DNA of 64,000 bases from Mobula hypostoma. Taxonomy: Eukaryota. Shown piece after piece: positions 23,075 to 34,871 of this stretch. The position numbers and the translations under genes are program-made. The stretch is taken from positions 27,282,001 through 27,346,000 of the forward strand of contig NC_086097.1 in the NCBI RefSeq assembly GCF_963921235.1. The letters are read 5' to 3'. Below the pieces are notes generated by a model. The model saw only the letters and a program-made list of their open reading frames with translations. It was not told the DNA's origin and made no database searches. Positions within the stretch are counted from its first letter, which is position 1. Every line of letters begins with the position of its first letter.

Positions 23075-23352
23075 ATTAAAGATTACCTTTATTTCTCACA
23101 TGTACATTGAAACATACAGTGAAATGCATTATTTGCATCAACAGCTAACACAGTTTGAAGCTGTACTGGGGGCTACCTGCAAGTATCATCATGCATCTGG
23201 GATGCTGACAACTTAGTAACCTGTAAGTCTTTGCAATGTGGGAGAAAACCCACGGGGAGAACGCACAAATTCCTTACAGACAGTGGTGGGAATTGAAATC
23301 GGGTTGCTGGTGCAGTACAGTAATAGCGTTATGCTGACTGCTATGCTTCTAT
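23075..23352 (-). mobile_element. V-SINE-type tRNA SINE
   Basis: Reverse complement of ctgtaaggaatttgtgcgttctccccgtgggttttctcccacatt and its tail. Confidence 0.65.
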
Positions 23353-23609
23353 GCCGTGAGGAGAGGAACTGGAATGAATTTGGGTGAATGGTATTGCTGG
23401 GAGCTGACACAATCCTGATGGGGCAAGTTCTTCCCATTGTTGTAAGAGGAAGATCGACTGCAGCCTCGACACCTTTCAGCTCCGAGTTATTCAAGGTAGA
23501 CAAGAATTCCAACTTGGGAATCTTCTGTTTATGTTTAAAGTTCCCAGAATGGAAAACACAGACCGAGGGAAGTTCCCTTTGGTAAAACTGGATTAATTTA
23601 GGCACAAAT

Positions 23610-23655
23610 TTGGCATAAAGAAACACACACCACATCCACTGAAAATAAATTTAAT
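23610..23655 (-). terminator. Candidate polyadenylation signal (ATTAAA) with GU-rich downstream element
   Basis: Minus strand reads ATTAAA (23655-23650) tttattttcagtggatgtggtgtgtgtttcttt, near the edge of the repeat-free block. Confidence 0.5.
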
Positions 23656-24777
23656 ATGAATAAATATCAGTCTGTGGGAAGAGGTAACTATCACTCGGTG
23701 AGACTAGAGTCATCGAATTAACAATATCTTTTTACATCACAGATCTGAAAGTGGCTGACTCCAGCCATGACAAATATACACGATGCTCGTAGTTAGGGCA
23801 GTGATACAATGCACAGTCCAAGTCACTTTGAGATGAACCCATTAGCACAGACACATTAGAAACAACGACAGATTTTTTTTGCAGTTTTAATTTTTGATGT
23901 GCCTCCTTTTTAAGGGAGGATCCAGTTATACACTTTCCTTGCTTGCCTAAACCCAATTGGTAAATAAGGTTTTTGCTTCTGCCTGTTCCCCTTTCCGCTG
24001 GAGTTGTTGGATTTGGTTGGGGACAGGAGTTACCAAGTGTGATCACCTCATACAGGTGACTTTTCCCTGTGTATTAGCACTAGACTGACCATTCTACCAT
24101 CAAGGAAGCCATTTACCATGGAACACATTGTATCAGCATTTAATGGCAAGCTGGAAGAAGTTTCCATGGGGTTAGGAAGAGGATGAGGTCTCATGGGGTG
24201 AGGTGGTGGTTCATGAGTAACTATATTTGCCCAGATCCCTTGCACCTCTGTCCCTGAAACAGCACAGACAAAGGATGAAAGTTGGGGTTGTCCTGAGCTG
24301 TGTGTTCAGACTCCTAATCAGACAGTAGAGTCTACCTGTTAAGGAAATGGCTGCCAGTTCTGGTCAGAGTGATCCATCCATACCCTGCAAGAACGGTTCA
24401 ATAGATAATGCCGTGGTCTACAATTGCAAAGGGTTATCTATCTCTGTGCATGGAGAACTTTGCCCGAATTAATGTTGCTTATTCGGACTGTTATCCTCAC
24501 GCCCAGTGGGTGCAAGAAGGCCCTGGCTCTGAACATAATCACATTGCGCCCAGGTTGGGTTTCTGGAAGGATTCATTGTAAACGATGCCCGAATACTGAT
24601 CACACATTCTTCAGCACAGCTTAGGAAATGGCATTGGAAAGTTTCCAGTTTGTTTCCTGTAAAAATCAACCACCTTACATTTGGTGGCAGACTAGTTTTC
24701 AGACACTTGGTCAATAACATGACTAGCTGAACAAAAAGAGTAAAAGCTACCTTCTAAGGGAATTTCAAACAAGGCTC

Positions 24778-24902
24778 AGTGTGTGTCTAAGTACGTTTGT
24801 ATGTCTGTGTGTGTGCGCAAGTGTGTGTCTATGTCTTTATGTGTGTACGTGTGTTTGTGTGCAAGTGTGTGTGTATAGGCCATGTGAGGTGTGTGTGTGT
24901 CT
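24778..24902. repeat. Degenerate (TG)n microsatellite
   Basis: Interrupted tgtgtg runs. Confidence 0.85.
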
Positions 24903-25920
24903 GGACACATAGAAGAGCTCTATTCTTTAAATTTACTCCACCCCTTTATGTTCCAGTCATTCAAACGTTATTTCTTTTGAACTGATATTTTTTAATCTCT
25001 CCCACTGAGGAAGGGCAGAGGCTGAAACCTGGGCCAGAGACACAGACAAGGGCTTGTGACACTGATGGGGCAGTGTGGACACAAGTATGTGGGGCAGCGG
25101 CAGGAGGTGGACAACATGGGCAGGGCATGGGTTGGAGCTGGGTGAAAGCCAAGGTGAAAGTGGAAGGAACACCTCTGAGGTATGGATTTTGGGGTTTCAG
25201 GTGAGAATGGGGTGAGGGGTTCAGGATGAAGGATTAGGTTAAGGATTGGGGTCTGGGGTTTGATTGGGATTAGCAAGATTGGTTTGTGGTAAAAGGTGAT
25301 GAATTCGCAGTGAGGTATGAAGTCTGGCCAGGGTTTGAGGTTCGAGGTGAGAGGTAAATCTACACAAAGGGATGATCTGTACAATGAAAGCAAACACTTG
25401 ACTGATGAGTCTCTCACAGGGATGTTTGTTTCCTCACTGGGCTGAACTCCCTTCCCTGCCCAGCACAGTCAAGTAGCCGAGCTGCCCTGTGTTTCTGGGA
25501 ACAGTGCTCAGGTTATCTCAATCTCGTGGGTGTGGGTTCCTTGGTGTTGGGGGTGTTACCGTCTGCTGAGATTACCTGGTAATACCAGGATTGTGTCTCA
25601 ACTTTCATTAGGACCTGCTGCAGTGTTTGCAGGGAATGAGGCAGGGATTACTGAGGGAAGAGTCTACACTTGCATAGCTGTGGGAGTGTGAGCCTGCCAG
25701 GGCACATGGCTCATCACAACAGACGGTGTGGCCAATACCAGCCGTTGGCAGACCGCAGTGCAAAGCGGATCAGGATCTCTTCTGGTTCTATCTTTGACCC
25801 TGTGAAGAGATGCTGAGGTTCTGGGGCAAGTCGTCAGGAAAGAGCAGGAGGTGGGTTCTGTGGGCTCCTTCCAATTTCAGCTCAGCCTGGGCTGAAACTG
25901 CACAGACATACACAGCGGAA

Positions 25921-26805
25921 CTGGAATGAGGCTGCTAATAGTATTCTGCAACATTATTCATCTTGGCTTGAGGACAGTAAGGCTGTGAGATTCTGAGATT
26001 GAACATTAGAAGAGACTTCAGGTAATAGAACCACTCCAAATATCCACGGTACTGAATTAGCTAAGGACTGGTCTCCCAGTTTGCAGACATGAATAATGGC
26101 TGATTGTGTTCAGCACGTTGCAGGATGCTTCACCTTGGACTCTAATTACCAGGGAAGAAGTGTCTGTAAGGCTGGAGTATGCACTGACCTCATACAGACG
26201 CTCAGTTGGTCTGATCTGCTTGGTGTTGGTGAAGTTAGTCTGCTTTAGATCAAATAAAGTGGTCGGAAACCCCTGGCCCTTTCCCAGCTAGAGAGGGAGA
26301 ACATTCGGGACGGCCTGTTGTGGTTATTGCTCTATAATTCCCCACCTCTGAGTGGAGAAGGGAAGGGAGAAGACGAAAGAAGAGACAGGGGACGGGGAAA
26401 GTGACATGCAGGCCTGGTGATGGTGATGTGTGTTGCAAATGTTGTCATTGTAGTAATATAGGATTGTGAAGGCTCCCAGGAAACGACCATAAGCTCTCAC
26501 TATCCTGGGAATTAGTTAAGTGACATCATCTACATTCAGAAGATGCTGATGCCTGTCACCTGTCACCTGATTTGCTTTTGTGAGCATTGTACCCTGCTAG
26601 AATGAGGCTGCTAATAGTACTCTGTGACTGAGTTACAATACATTCTCTGTCCCAGCTTGAAGACACTAAGGCTGTGAGATTGTTTATGATTTAAATGTTA
26701 AGAGATAACCCTGGCCATAATTAAAGGAGAGATTTCAAGTGATAGAACCACATCAAATATCCACAGTGCTGAATTAGCTAAGGATTGGTCTCCCAGTTCG
26801 GCAGT
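25921..26805. repeat. Diverged direct duplication (25921-26086 and 26597-26804) within the putative UTR
   Basis: Shared blocks gaatgaggctgctaatagta, taaggctgtgagatt, atagaacca, aaatatccac..gctgaattagctaagga.tggtctcccagtt. Confidence 0.85.
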
Positions 26806-27532
26806 TAATTGCATGAGAGGTAACTGACAATCAATCTGCAACGGGTTTTAAGTATCGCAACTCGATTGCGTCATTCGTTAGTAGCTATCCACTAGTTGGT
26901 CCCACAGTTTGTTCAGGGTTCAAAGGTGGAAATGCAGTATTTGGACACAAAGGAGTGAAAACCAGTCCACAACATGGTGCCTAGCTCGACACATACAGTT
27001 CAGTAATGTGCAGTTACATCAGCCACTGGCCATCTCTTTATGAATAAACATCTAATATACAAATAGAATATACATATACTACTGTACATAAATACATATA
27101 TATCTTTATAAGGATCATGTTGATGTATGGTATGGATGCAAACCTCAGAAGACCTTTTGGAAACAATGGAACAGTTTGTGAAGAGGGAGTGGGTGGGTGG
27201 GTTCACCTACAACACAGAGGGAACTCGAATAAGGTGGCACAGGGGAGTCTTAATTGTCAAAACTGCTCTTAATTTAAGTGCAGCAACTTCCCAGCGACTG
27301 GATCTGGGAACAATGTGCCGGACAGCAGGTTGCTTTTCCTTGGACCCCAGGTGGTTAGAGGAAAAGGGATGTGGATGGGAGAAACAGAGATGGTGAATGT
27401 TTAAAAGGGAGAGAGGGAAGACGCTGAGTAAGTTGATCTTTTGGATAAAACACACCAATACAATGACACAAATGGCCTGAAGATGTGACTGTGTGAGGGC
27501 CATTCTGGAACACACAGACTTGGTGTCCAGCC

Positions 27533-27754
27533 TCACAATACCCTGGGAAGGACAGTAAAAGGCACGATGGGACTGCTAGCCTCCAGTTCCAGCGCGGTGA
27601 GGAAGCACTCGGTGGCTGCGTCATCACTGCCCTGGGCTTGAAGTACCTCACCCAGGTTGTTCCACACCTCGTGTGCAGTGGAGTTGACCTGCACGGCATC
27701 GCGAAGAATCTTCTCAGCCAGACTGTAGCGGCCCAACTGTTGTAGGATAAACCC
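27533..27754 (-). CDS. TTC7B: Terminal coding exon of tetratricopeptide repeat protein 7B (PI4KA complex scaffold), 73 codons plus stop
   Basis: Translates [73 protein letters not shown], which I recognise as the vertebrate TTC7B C-terminus. Preceded on the minus strand by a pyrimidine tract and acceptor (ttcttgttctgtttcag|GGG), phase 0; ends in TGA. Confidence 0.93.
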   Translation of the reverse strand, partial: GFILQQLGRYSLAEKILRDAVQVNSTAHEVWNNLGEVLQAQGSDDAATECFLTALELEASSPIVPFTVLPRVL

Positions 27755-27884
27755 CTGAAACAGAACAAGAAAGACAGGGGGAGTGAGGATTAACAGGCGG
27801 GCAGATGACCAGGCTACAATGAAGTCAAAGTCGAGGTCTATTGCTCTACTCTCCTCATACTCTCTACAAATGTGCGAACGATAC

Positions 27885-28590
27885 GTTTCAAAGTGTGTAC
27901 ACTATATACAACCTTGAAGGTTGCCTCCTTACAGACAGCCGCAAAACAAAGAAACCCAACAGAACCCAGTAAAAAAGGAAGACCGTCAAAAACGCAATGT
28001 GCAGAAAAAAAAACAAATTGTTCAAACAATGAAAGGAAACAAATAACACTCAGAGCTGAAGTTCATGAAAGTGAGATCACAGCGATGCAGCCGAACCAGG
28101 AGCCCGTTAGTTGCAGACCATAGCCTCTGTTCAGCGCAGAGACGGGGAAACTTCATGGAGCAGCAAGCTGAACAGTACACTGTCCCTCGCTTCTGGCCCC
28201 AACACTCTGTCCTTTTCAGTCTGGGTCGGTGCTTAAATCAGCCAAACGGCAGGTTGTTCCTTGCTCTTGCCTACTTCAATATGCTCCCGGGCCCAAGACC
28301 CGCTGCTTCTACTCGAACTTGCCACTTGAGTCACCTCCAAGCCCACTCCAGTAGCCAAACATTGGCTCATTCCCCGCTCTCCGGCCTGGCCCCCGCTGCC
28401 CCGATTTGGCCCGTATACACGACGCTGCAGCTGACCTGCACCTTTGAGATTTCAGTTCACACTGCAAAAATGCCTGGACATACAAGGGAATTACAGGCTA
28501 TAGTTTGCAGTGATCATTTTTGAGAAAAAGAGTGATTAATCAAGCAATTAATAGTTGTGTTTGCCGCCAGCAATTTGTCGCTGTGCATCA
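27885..28590 (-). mobile_element. Non-autonomous LINE-tailed element
   Basis: Left end is the reverse complement of the L2/Rex-type tail (ttcaaggttgtatatagtgtacacactttga); GC-richer non-coding body. Confidence 0.5.
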
Positions 28591-28659
28591 CTCATTGTAT
28601 GTTTCAATGTACATGTGATAAATAAATAAACCTGAACCACTTACAAATACATGGTCAGG

Positions 28660-29020
28660 CACAGGTCAAATGCCATCTATAAATTCACTGATGAAACCAC
28701 CGTTGTCAACAGAATCTGAGATGGAGATGAGGAAGCATACAGGAGCGATAGATCAGCTGGTTGAGTGGTGTCACACCAACAACCTCACACTCAATGTCAG
28801 TAATGAATTGATTGTGGACTTTAGAAAGGTGAAGTTGGGAGAACACACACTAGTCCTCTTTGAGGAGTCAGCAGTGTAAAGAATGAGAAGAATAAGAATT
28901 GTTCCTGGGCGACAACATCTCCGATGATCGATCCTGGGCACAACATCCAACATATTGATGTAATTATGAGAAAGGTAAGCCAGAGGTTATATTTCACACG
29001 GAGTTTAAGGAGATTTGGCC
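28660..29020 (+). mobile_element. L2/Rex-Babar-type RT fragment
   Basis: IDQLVEWCHTNNLTLNVS.ELIVDFRK (ORF 28670-28879). Confidence 0.75.
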
Positions 29021-29484
29021 CATGATGTCCAATCTCAGTGCAAATTTATGTTAAATGTTCTCCTCCGGAATATCATCCAGTTCTCTCCAGTCCCTTCATA
29101 CTCACATGTCAATCTAAAAGCCTCTTGAACTCCACCAAACTGCCTTCTACTACTACTGCCCCTGGTAACCCAGTAAACTCATGACCACTCTCTGTGTAAA
29201 AAATTTTCTCCTTGCGTTGCCCTTAAACTTCCCCCTCTAACCTTAAAAGCATATCCTCTGCTGTTTGGCACCACTGAGTGGTCAGCATTGGGCTTCTGGT
29301 GAACACCATCCCGGAAGATACCATTTCATCTTGGTAGGTCCGCTGGCTCCCTGAGGGGGCTTTCTGATCAGTCCCTCAACCCTAATATGGTGAGGTTTCC
29401 TTCTCCAGAATATGTCTTCTTCCCTACTGAACATCAGAGTGGCAGAACAGGCCAATGGCCTGTGTCTGTGCCATAAAACCATTT

Positions 29485-30272
29485 TGGCCAATCAAGTCTG
29501 CTTGGCCATTAAATAATGGCTGATTTATTTTTCCTCTCAACCCCATTCTTCTGCTTTCTCCCCATAAACTTTGATGCCCTTAACAATCAAGAACCTATCA
29601 ACCTCCATTTTAAATGATTTGGCTTCCACAGCCACCTGTGGCAATGAACTCCAAGATTCACCAGCTAAGAACCTATAAGGAACCTATCAACCTACACTTT
29701 ACTCACTCTTCCTTCAGTTAGTCCTGACGAAGGGTCTCGGCCTGAAACATCGACTGCGCCTCTTCCTATAGATGCTGCCTGGCCTGCTGCGTTCACCAGC
29801 AACTTTGATGTATGTAACCTACACTTTAAATGAATTACCTTCCACAGTCATCTAAGGCAATGAATTCCACAGATTTACTAGCTAAAGAATTTCTTCATCT
29901 CTGTAATGGCATGTCCTAGTATTCTGAGGCTATGCCCCCAGCTCTCTCACTATTGGAAACATTCTCTCCATGTCCACTCTGTAGTCTTTCAATATTCGGT
30001 GGGTTAAAGTGAGATCTGCCTCCTACTATTCTTCTAAGCTTCAGCAAATACAGGTCCAGAGCCATCAAGCACTCCTCATACATTAACAGTTTCATTCCTG
30101 GAATCACTCATGTCAACCTCATCTGGACTCCCTCCAATGCCAGTGTATCCCTTCTTAGACATGGGGCCCAAAACTGCTCAAAATATTCCAAATACGGTCT
30201 GACTAAAGCCTTATAAAGCCCCAGCATTACTTCCTTGCTCTTGTGTTCTAGTCCTCTGGAAATGAATGCCAT
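29485..30272 (-). mobile_element. CR1 LINE 3' portion with a short internal duplication and a PLE insertion
   Basis: MIPGMKLLMYEECLMALDLY (ORF 29916-30107); CR1 tail near 29490-29570. Confidence 0.75.
29702..29815 (+). mobile_element. 114-bp solo PLE terminal repeat with hammerhead motif (29720-29755) and 13-bp TSD
   Basis: Matches 16167-16280; TSD aacctacacttta at 29689-29701 and 29816-29828. Confidence 0.88.
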
Positions 30273-30887
30273 GTGACTTGTGCACAAATCATACTGTTTA
30301 TAAAGCTGCAGTATGTACAGATGAGAAACACACTTCCTCCTTGGTATTGCAGATTTTACAGTCTAACACTGGATTCCTTCTCAGACCGTAGTTGGAAAAA
30401 GTAACGGAGACAGAGCTCCCGGGAGGATCAACCCTCTGACCTCTGGGGTGAACTTCAGCAAAGCAAATAGCTCTGGCATCCAACCATGTGTCCACATCAG
30501 CTCCTTTCATTTCACTGGGATGATATTGCAGGGTTACTTTGCCATGAACCGATGAGAAGCAATTCCCTGTCCTCATCCACACGGAGAGATTAAAACCTAA
30601 AAATGCAACCAGCGGTTTCAGAGACAGCTGGTAACACTTGCTCATAAGAAGAATAATTTGTTTAGTGCAGGGTTTGACAGGCGTTGTTGGTTTTGTCCGT
30701 GATGTCTGTGGAGATGTGAAGCTGCCCTCAGTTCAGCACAGGAAAATATCTGAGACCCTTCTCTCTGCTGTAATTATCAAGATTCTCCTAAATGAAGTAA
30801 GTACTTACGTTTCTCTGTGGGTGCGAATTGGTTCCCCATTCTAACTTCTACTGGGTGAAAATAATTCTCTTCAACTGCTCATTGGAA

Positions 30888-31375
30888 TCAGAACCAAAAT
30901 CAGAATCAGGTTTATTATCATTGATGTGTGCCGTAAAATTCGTTGTTTTGCAGCAGCAGTACAGTGCATGACATAAATATTACTAAAAATTACAATAAGA
31001 AACATTTAAAAACATATAGAGTGCAAAAAGAAAGGAAAATAATGAGGTAGTGTTCATGGGTTCATGGACCGTCAGGAATCTATTGGCAAAGAAGAAGTTG
31101 TTTCTAAAATGTTGAGTGTGCACCTTCAGGCTGCCATACCGCCTCTCTGATGGTAGTAATGAGAAGAGGACATGTCCTGGGTGGTGAGAGTCTAGCATGA
31201 CAGATGCTACCTTCTTGAGGCTTTGACTTTTGAAGATGTCCTTGATGCTGGGGAGGCTAGTCCCCATGATGGAGTTGGCTGAGTTTACAACCTTCTGAAA
31301 TTATTTCCAATCTTGGGCATTGGAGCCTCCATACCCGATGTTGATGTAACCAGTCAAAATGCCCTCCAAGGTTCA
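30888..31375 (-). mobile_element. L2/Rex-Babar-type LINE 3' end
   Basis: HHPGHVLFSLLPSERRYGSLKVHTQHFRNNFF; tail aataaacctgattctgatt. Confidence 0.8.
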
Positions 31376-31699
31376 GTAACTAATTTGACTCTAGTAATAC
31401 TCTAGAGTTACCAACAAGGTCCGTACATCATTGATAAGGTCCTCAACTGGACAATGGACAATTATTAACAGTGGTAACCAGTGGTTTAGCATTCCCAAGT
31501 AGGTGGAAAACTCAAAGGACTGAATGGCATTAAATCTACTCCGAAGTCTTATAGAAAGCATCCTTCCTGAAGCAAACCTCTTCTGTAATTTTAAGCTTGG
31601 TTACCACTGCCCAGGTGTCTTTTCTGGGGATAAAGCCTGCCCTCCCCATTGTAGGTCCCTACTCCTTTTGCCAAGCCCCTTAAGATTCTGTTGGGTGCA

Positions 31700-31970
31700 G
31701 TGGGGGGTGGGGGGGGACAGTGGATGGAGGGTAAGGTCAAGGGTGACATGACAGGATGGAGGAAGAGGGTCAGGGGTAGGTGAGGGTGAGCAGATGGTGG
31801 TTGAGGGGAGGGAGGGTGAAGACTGAGGGTGAGGGGATGGAGGATTAAAATGAGGGGAGGGTGAGGGTGTGGGAATGGAGGATGAGAGGAGTGAGAGGCG
31901 AGGAGGAGAAGAGTGTGAGGGTGAGGAGTAAGTTGAGGGAGGGTGAGGAGGAGGGACAGGATAGTGGGCT
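31700..31970 (+). repeat. G/A-rich low-complexity tract
   Basis: Repeated gagggtgagg/ggagga units. Confidence 0.75.
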
Positions 31971-32834
31971 GCGAAACTGAAACCTGAAAACGACGTGAAA
32001 TATCTTTAGAAGATCACTCAAACTGAATGAAGGCTTGATGAAGGCAAGAATTAAACCTCCTCTTCAGACCATGCCCTGCATACCAAGTCTGGGTTATAAA
32101 CTGCCTCCTCTCCTAGCTTTAACACTTACTCACTACCTCACTGCTCCACTTTGTTATCCTAAGCTGACAGGGTGCACAGAAAGAGTTATGTGTGACAGCA
32201 ACTGAGCTCAGATCTTTTAAAACCCACCCACGCCAAATAAACACCTCTCCCTAACCACTGCAGTGAGATCTGTAGACAGGTTGCTAGGATGCAGCCTGTT
32301 GCATGGCAACAGTTTTAAATCCCCATCCAATTGTGCCAGTTTAAAGAGCTGGTTCTAATGGTGATGGGGCACTCAGTAAAAAGTGGAAAGAAGCATACTC
32401 GAGAAGGAAGGCGATGAAGGTGATGGTCTCTCACCCTTCACTCTGCACTTCTGTCCCACCACAGCAGCTCAGGATTTCTTCAGATTCAGATTTTCCCGTG
32501 GACTTGGCTGTCGCAGGGTGTACAAGGACAGGAGAACAGGAACTGGTGGTGGTTCGGGATCTGGAACACTACTTGGAACAGGGTTGTCCACTAAAGGATC
32601 CTGGCAGATTCATCACAAGGCTGTTGCCATCTTTGACTTTTATCCAGGTCACCTCCCAGCTACTTCACTTTTAACGTACCCAGAAAGGACCAGATGATCC
32701 ACCAGTTAGCATCGCAGACCCCTCCACCAGAGGGTGTGGCACAGAAGTCTACCATGGGACCAAGTGCTCTTGGGCCCTCTCAGCTCAACTGTGGCCTTCA
32801 TACCATATTACGAACAAGATACGGCAATGGCAGT

Positions 32835-33165
32835 TCTTCATTAGGAGTCTGAGGAGATTTGGTACCTCACCAAAGACTCAGGCAAATTTCTACAGATGCA
32901 TTGTGGAGAGCATTCTGACAGGTTGCATCACCGTCTGGTATGAAAGCTCTAGAACATAGTTTGGAAAAACTTGCAGAGCATTGCAGACTCAGCCAGGTCC
33001 ATCATGGGCACTCGCCTTCCCGGCATCAAGGACATCTTCCAAAAACAATGCCGCAAGGAGGCGGTGTCTGTCACCACCCAGGACGTCTTCTCATTACTAC
33101 CATCAGGGAGGAGGTATAACTGCCTGAAGATGTACACTCAACATTTTAGGAACAACTTCTTCACT
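32835..33165 (+). mobile_element. L2/Rex-Babar-type LINE fragment
   Basis: aatttctacagatgcattgtggagagcattctgacaggttgcatcaccgtctggtat (NFYRCIVESILTGCITVWY); SLLPSGRRY. Confidence 0.8.
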
Positions 33166-34139
33166 TCTCCAATTTCTTCCCACATTCCATGACGCATGGG
33201 TTAGTAGGTTAATTGGTCACATGGGTGTAATTGGGGAGCATGCTCTTGTTGGGCTGGAAGAGAGCGTTACCATGCTGTATCTCTAAATAAGAAATAAATA
33301 TTAAAAGTGAGGTCCGACAAGGGCCAGGCTCCAATACCCACCTCCCTGCTCTATTACTCATCTACTTCTCCATGTTGAACACCAGGTGGAAGGAGCATTG
33401 AGAACACAGCCTCTGGGTAATAGGAAGTTCTCACTGTGCATCCCAAGGTATCATCAAGACCTACTCAGCTACCAAACTCCTGATGGACTATGCTGTGGGA
33501 CAGAGAGGGCTAACCCAAGAATAAAACCAAACTGTCCCGACTTCCTGCCATTGGGGACGATTCCATCAGGATGCATCAGGGCTTAGTACAACTACTACTC
33601 TGCTGGTAATCACAAGAAACTGCAGAAAGTTGCGGACACAGGTCAGCATATCACAGGAACTAGCCTCCCCTCCATGGACTCTCACTGTCTTGCTAAAGCA
33701 GCCAACAGAATCAAAGACACCACTCACCCTGGATATCTTTCTTCTCTCCCCTCCCAGCGGGTGGGAGATACAAAAGCCTGAAGCACGTACCACCGGGCTC
33801 GAGTAAGCTTCTGTCCCACTATTATAAAACTATTGGACGGTGCCCTAGTACAAGATGGACTCTTGATATCACAACCTACCTCATTATGACATTGCACCTT
33901 ATTTCCTGCTTGTAACTGTTGCACTCTGTTATAACTTTCCTTTGCACTACTCAATGCACTGATGTGATGAAATGATCTGTGACCTTTTTGGGCTGAGACC
34001 CTTTATCATGAATGGAAAGGAAGGAGCAGAAGAAAGTCCTTTCCAGTCTTGAAAAATGGTCTCCCAAAAGGTCAACTGTTTATTCCCTTCCATAGATGCT
34101 GCCTGAACTGCTGAGTTCCTCCAGCATTGTGTGTGTGTT

Positions 34140-34568
34140 ACTGTTGTAACATGTGGTTATTTGAGTTACTGTCACCTTCCTGTCAGCTTGAACTTGTCTG
34201 GCCATTCTCCTCTGACCTCTCATTAAAAAGGCATTTTTGTCCACAGAACAACCACTCACTGAATGTTTTTTTTTGGTTTTTCACACCATTCTCAGTAAAC
34301 TCTAGAGACTGTTGTATATGAAAATTCTGGAAGATCAGCAGTTTCTGAGATACTCAAACCACCCTGTCTGGCACCAACAATCATTCCATGTTCAAAGTCA
34401 CTTACACCACATTTTCGTCATTCTGATATTTGGTCTGTACTACAAATGAACCCTTTGATCATGTTTGCATGCTTTTCTGCATTTACTTGCTGCCACACGA
34501 TTGGTTAAATAGATATTTGCATTAATGAACAGGTGCACAGGTGTACTTAATAAAGTGGCCACTCACTA
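34140..34568 (-). mobile_element. Tc1/mariner remnant (terminus and transposase N-terminal region)
   Basis: Reverse complement of 34872-35420; terminal gtggccactttattaagtacacc. Confidence 0.75.
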
Positions 34569-34871
34569 TGTTTGGAAATGGTTCTTGTGGGTTGCTCAAG
34601 ATTTCCAGCATCTGCAGAATCTCTTGCGTTTATGATGAAGTGATCAGTATGGATGGCACACAAAACAAATTTACACTGTATCTCAGTACGTGACAATAAT
34701 AAACCAATTTAACAATTACCGGTGATGACCAGAAGACCAACAGCTGAAAACCAGAGGTGATACAAAGTGACTGCCTTGCCGTTAAGGCATTTTTTAACCC
34801 ATAGCATCTAACAGCCCTGGCAGAACTGAATTTTATGGAGATTCGAATCAAAGCGAAAGCCCTCCACAAGC

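Larger units (their letters stand above)
23630..27532 (-). other. TTC7B: Probable long 3' UTR of TTC7B
   Basis: A ~3.9 kb block after the stop codon lacking the LINE/SINE/PLE fragments that fill the rest of the window; ends at a candidate poly(A) signal. Confidence 0.55.

Noticed and set aside
24797..24985. Cys/Val-rich ORF
   Set aside because: Translation of the (TG)n microsatellite.
27355..27768. 137-aa ORF overlapping the TTC7B exon
   Set aside because: Alternative frame that starts in the intron; only the 27533-27754 frame matches a known protein.
32383..32697. 104-aa Gly/Thr-rich ORF in non-repeat DNA
   Set aside because: No recognisable domain or convincing splice/start context; antisense to the TTC7B intron.
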